DNA of 64,000 bases from Laetmonice hystrix. Taxonomy: Eukaryota. The position numbers and the translations under genes were made by a program. Positions 60,826 to 64,000 of the stretch are shown here, in pieces. How positions within the stretch are numbered: position 1 is the stretch's first letter; each line of letters begins with the position of its first letter. The notes beneath the pieces are model-generated. The model had not been told where the DNA came from and made no database searches. It saw nothing but the letters and a program-made list of their open reading frames with translations. The stretch lies in the NCBI GenBank assembly GCA_965235115.1, contig OZ249437.1:52080001-52144000 (forward strand), given 5' to 3'.

Positions 60826-62076
60826 ATGGAATCGTTCAAATCTATACTGCAATTTGTTCTTCTGGGATGTGCCGTATTCCTTGTACTGGCACAAGGTAAG
60901 ACTTTCCAATGGTATATCAATATATCTATAATCGTTAACTTTGATACAGATATAGATACAGAAAAAAGGAAGCCGTGAAGTATATAATTTGACTGTTGTT
61001 TTCAAGAATGGTTTCCACTGTTTGTAGACTTCCAACCGCCGGCTGGAATGGACATTGGGAGGGTGAACACTGGCCCTTTCGTACGTGACTTGGAGAGAAT
61101 CCCTGTGGGCAGGCTCGATGAAATAGCACAGCAACTCTATTACGATACCACCTATTCCAAGGCATATATCAAAGATGCATGTAAGTATACGAACATAATG
61201 GTCAAAGTTCGAAATCCTGGAATGTGTACATTGTAACAGGATTTTTTGAGGGGGAGTGCTAGGGGGTCCGGAGGCAAAACTTTTGAAATTTACCTTAATC
61301 ATGCAAGCCCTATATATATGTATGATTTTGGAGGGGGAGGGGTACCAACACCCTGGACCCCCCCCCCCCCCGCGCATGGCCCTGATTCGCGTGTAGACCA
61401 TTCTCGTATATAAAGTTGAGAACAGTTGAGTAGAGAGATTTAACGGCCACAACTCTGCCACAGAGACATAATAAAACACAATTTCATGGAAGTTTAAACG
61501 GTGGATCAGAATCCGTATATTATAATCTAGAACACAACACATTCATATACAAGACCGACCAGCATTGCGGATTTAAGTTGATAATTTTATTTCAATACAA
61601 ATCAGGAACTTTACCATATAAACCGTATTATTGACCATGAATATAGTGTAACATGACTAATTTATTGTCTTGGCTGTGCAGTGGGCAAAGATATCCTAAC
61701 CACAGTGATCCGGAGAGTGCGATCGCCCCGTCGTGTTGCTCGGTCTTCAAGGAGGTACGTATATATGAGTAACTTTTGCCGCTGCCTATTTCAAAGTGGG
61801 GGTGGGGACAACCCCAGGTGTATTTAACCTTTTCCCCACACATTTAGGTAGGCCTAATTTTCCAGGGTCTTTTGAAAACCTTTGAAAGATAACTGGTTCT
61901 GTTTATAAATAGACGTGTCTCATTCATCGCCTTATGTTAAACCTGTACATGACATCATTTCAGGGTCGGCCACTACAGCCATGCCATACGCCCGTAAGAA
62001 CGTGCGGCACGCCATTCATGTTATATCGAGGTACAACCGGGAAACATGGAAGTTCCACTCAGTCGGTACGAATTAA
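60826..62076 (+). CDS. Unidentified 111-aa secreted protein, 3 exons
   Basis: Exons 60826-60895, 61028-61180 and 61964-62076 (phase 1/1, donors GTAAGA and GTAAGT). The product is MESFKSILQFVLLGCAVFLVLAQ (signal-peptide-like) followed by DFQPPAGMDIGRVNTGPFVRDLERIPVGRLDEIAQQLYYDTTYSKAYIKDAWSATTAMPYARKNVRHAIHVISRYNRETWKFHSVGTN*. Confidence 0.7.
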
Positions 62077-62137
62077 TGGGTCACGGTGTCGGAACTGGAC
62101 GGGCAGGACCTGTCTCACCTTTGGAGTGCTCATTGTT

Positions 62138-62143
62138 AATAAA
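62138..62143 (+). terminator. Polyadenylation signal AATAAA
   Basis: Begins 62 nt after the stop at 62076. Confidence 0.5.
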
Positions 62144-64000
62144 GTCTCGGGATTGGACGTTACTCGGGCAGCGCGAATCATGCATTGTTTACTAGTAGGA
62201 CGCAAGTCGGCCTATAGTTCTAACTTCACTTCAGACTAACGTAGATCTAACAGTGGCGAAGATCTGAAGGTCAACTGTTGACTCTGAACAGGTCAAAGAT
62301 TGAGAAGCTCCCACACAATTCATATTTTTCCCGGTGCAGATTCCTCCCCTTCCCACCTTTCGAACGCACAATGCCGTCACATCAGTTTGTCATCCACCTT
62401 AATTTGGGTATCAAGTCCTGAGATTCGGCCGGCTGATGCGCTGTTGTTAATGTTAATAAAACTTATAACAAAATAATTTGAACATTTTTGTTAGTTTTTA
62501 TTTACCACGCCTGGCAGTTATTTCCCCTATAGATTGTCGACCTTGGGACCTGTATATTCAAGGTCAAGTAAAGAAGTAATCCTAAGCAAAATGGACACGT
62601 TTGGGAAATCTGTTAGCTTTCATGTAGGTTATAGTAAATTAGCCAGACGACATGATATTTTACGAATGTACATAAAGCATAACATTGAAAACATATACTG
62701 GGCACTAAACGTAGTATATTATAATGTATCACTGTACATTGTATTTACAATTACTAAATGATGTCACGAGTCGTGGCACGGCGCATACCAGGGGTCGTCC
62801 TGAACCTCTTCTTCACTTGGCGAGGTGAGGACTATACATTTGACGAAACACAGTATCGGACAACAGAAGATCCAGGCCAACCAAGCTGCCACTGAAACAG
62901 AGATGGCATACTCATGAGCTTATCAGCCAATATTGCATATTTAAAAGTCTACCCATCTACATTGAACTGGGGCTTGGGAGAGCGGACAGTGCACAAAAGT
63001 GATCTGTTTTCGCTTTAGGCAAAAAAAAAATAAATTCCCGGTTTCTGGTCCGCGCGCGCATCACTTCAGATGCCGCGCATCACTGCTTTTTTTCTTGCCA
63101 TCACCTTGGATGACTGTGAATTGTGCTGCCACCTAGCGGTAAGGCTTAAAACTAACCAATGTTGTAATGGATTAATTCACAAACTTCAATGGAGAAAAAA
63201 AATGCTGTCTAGGAGACGGGGGGTTAAACCCCCTAACCCCCTGGATCCGCCACTGGCATTGGCACCATATAATATAGGCCAAAGCCATATTCGCCCATAC
63301 CCTAGCCTTCAAAGAAAGTCTATAGGTTAAAATGAACAATTTCTTTTATATCCCTCCAGTGAAATTATGTAGTGTTTACTTAGCCTAATCAGAGACCTAT
63401 AGGTTATAATGTTTACCTTGTTTTCCCTTGTGTATCTTGTCCCGTTTCTTCTTCGCTGGTGTTTGTGACGGCTCGGGTAACGAAAGCCCCTGCGGGTGGG
63501 TGGCTTCTGTCCGAGTGGCTTCCTGGCAGAGCCTCGAGGTCTTGTGCCCTTCAGTGTGGGACCGAAGGGGGTCACTGTAATGGAGGACGTTGATGGGTAT
63601 AGGCCCTCCGGAGACAGATGTTATATTATATGCCTACTGCTGCTTACTGCAAGGGAACACGTCTATTGCTATTGGTCTGGTGGAAGATGTCAAATTATCT
63701 AATTATCAAATCTATCTATAACATCTAAAACAAACAAATGCAAGACCTAATCAAGATCATTTTCATAGTATGATGCCTCTACAGAGTCTATGAATGACGG
63801 TGCATGACCCAATAGGCCATGTGACCCTATAAATATAACGAGAACGTTATATATGGGGACAAAAACCACGACGAACACCAACTCACCCCCTGTCGGACGG
63901 GTCAGTTTTGTCCAACCTATCCACTCTTTTCTCTTCTTCATACCTGTTCAGCAAATCTGTAAAATCCGTTGAAACATGAAGCAACTTCCATGAATGGTAA

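Overview
This is eukaryotic (animal) genomic DNA, AT-rich, intron-rich and repeat-rich, with two N gaps. The motif usage and gene structure suggest an invertebrate deuterostome such as an echinoderm or hemichordate, but that is inference. Two genes are recognisable. The first is an AKAP7-like 2H-phosphoesterase (6 coding exons, 37373-40688, both HxT motifs present). The second is a 13-exon SPO11 (45741-54023) with a U12-type intron and a symmetric 114-bp exon 2; a gap removes about 3 nt of its exon 4. Two further genes were assembled by hand from splice signals and I could not assign them to a family: a 3-exon, 111-aa secreted protein (60826-62076) and the Cys-rich C-terminal exons of a minus-strand gene (55410-56257). 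The first 36 kb is mostly non-coding. It holds a 4.8-kb 55/56-bp satellite with ordered variant blocks, TTAA-flanked MITEs (Kolobok- and piggyBac-like), a Tc1 deletion derivative, a CR1/L2-like LINE relic and several very short hairpin elements. I found no clear-cut new multi-gene system. The best leads are the two orphan genes, the SPO11 splicing features and the AKAP7-like enzyme that lacks an obvious C-terminal PKA-anchoring helix. All translations and motif comparisons were done by eye; no database search was run.
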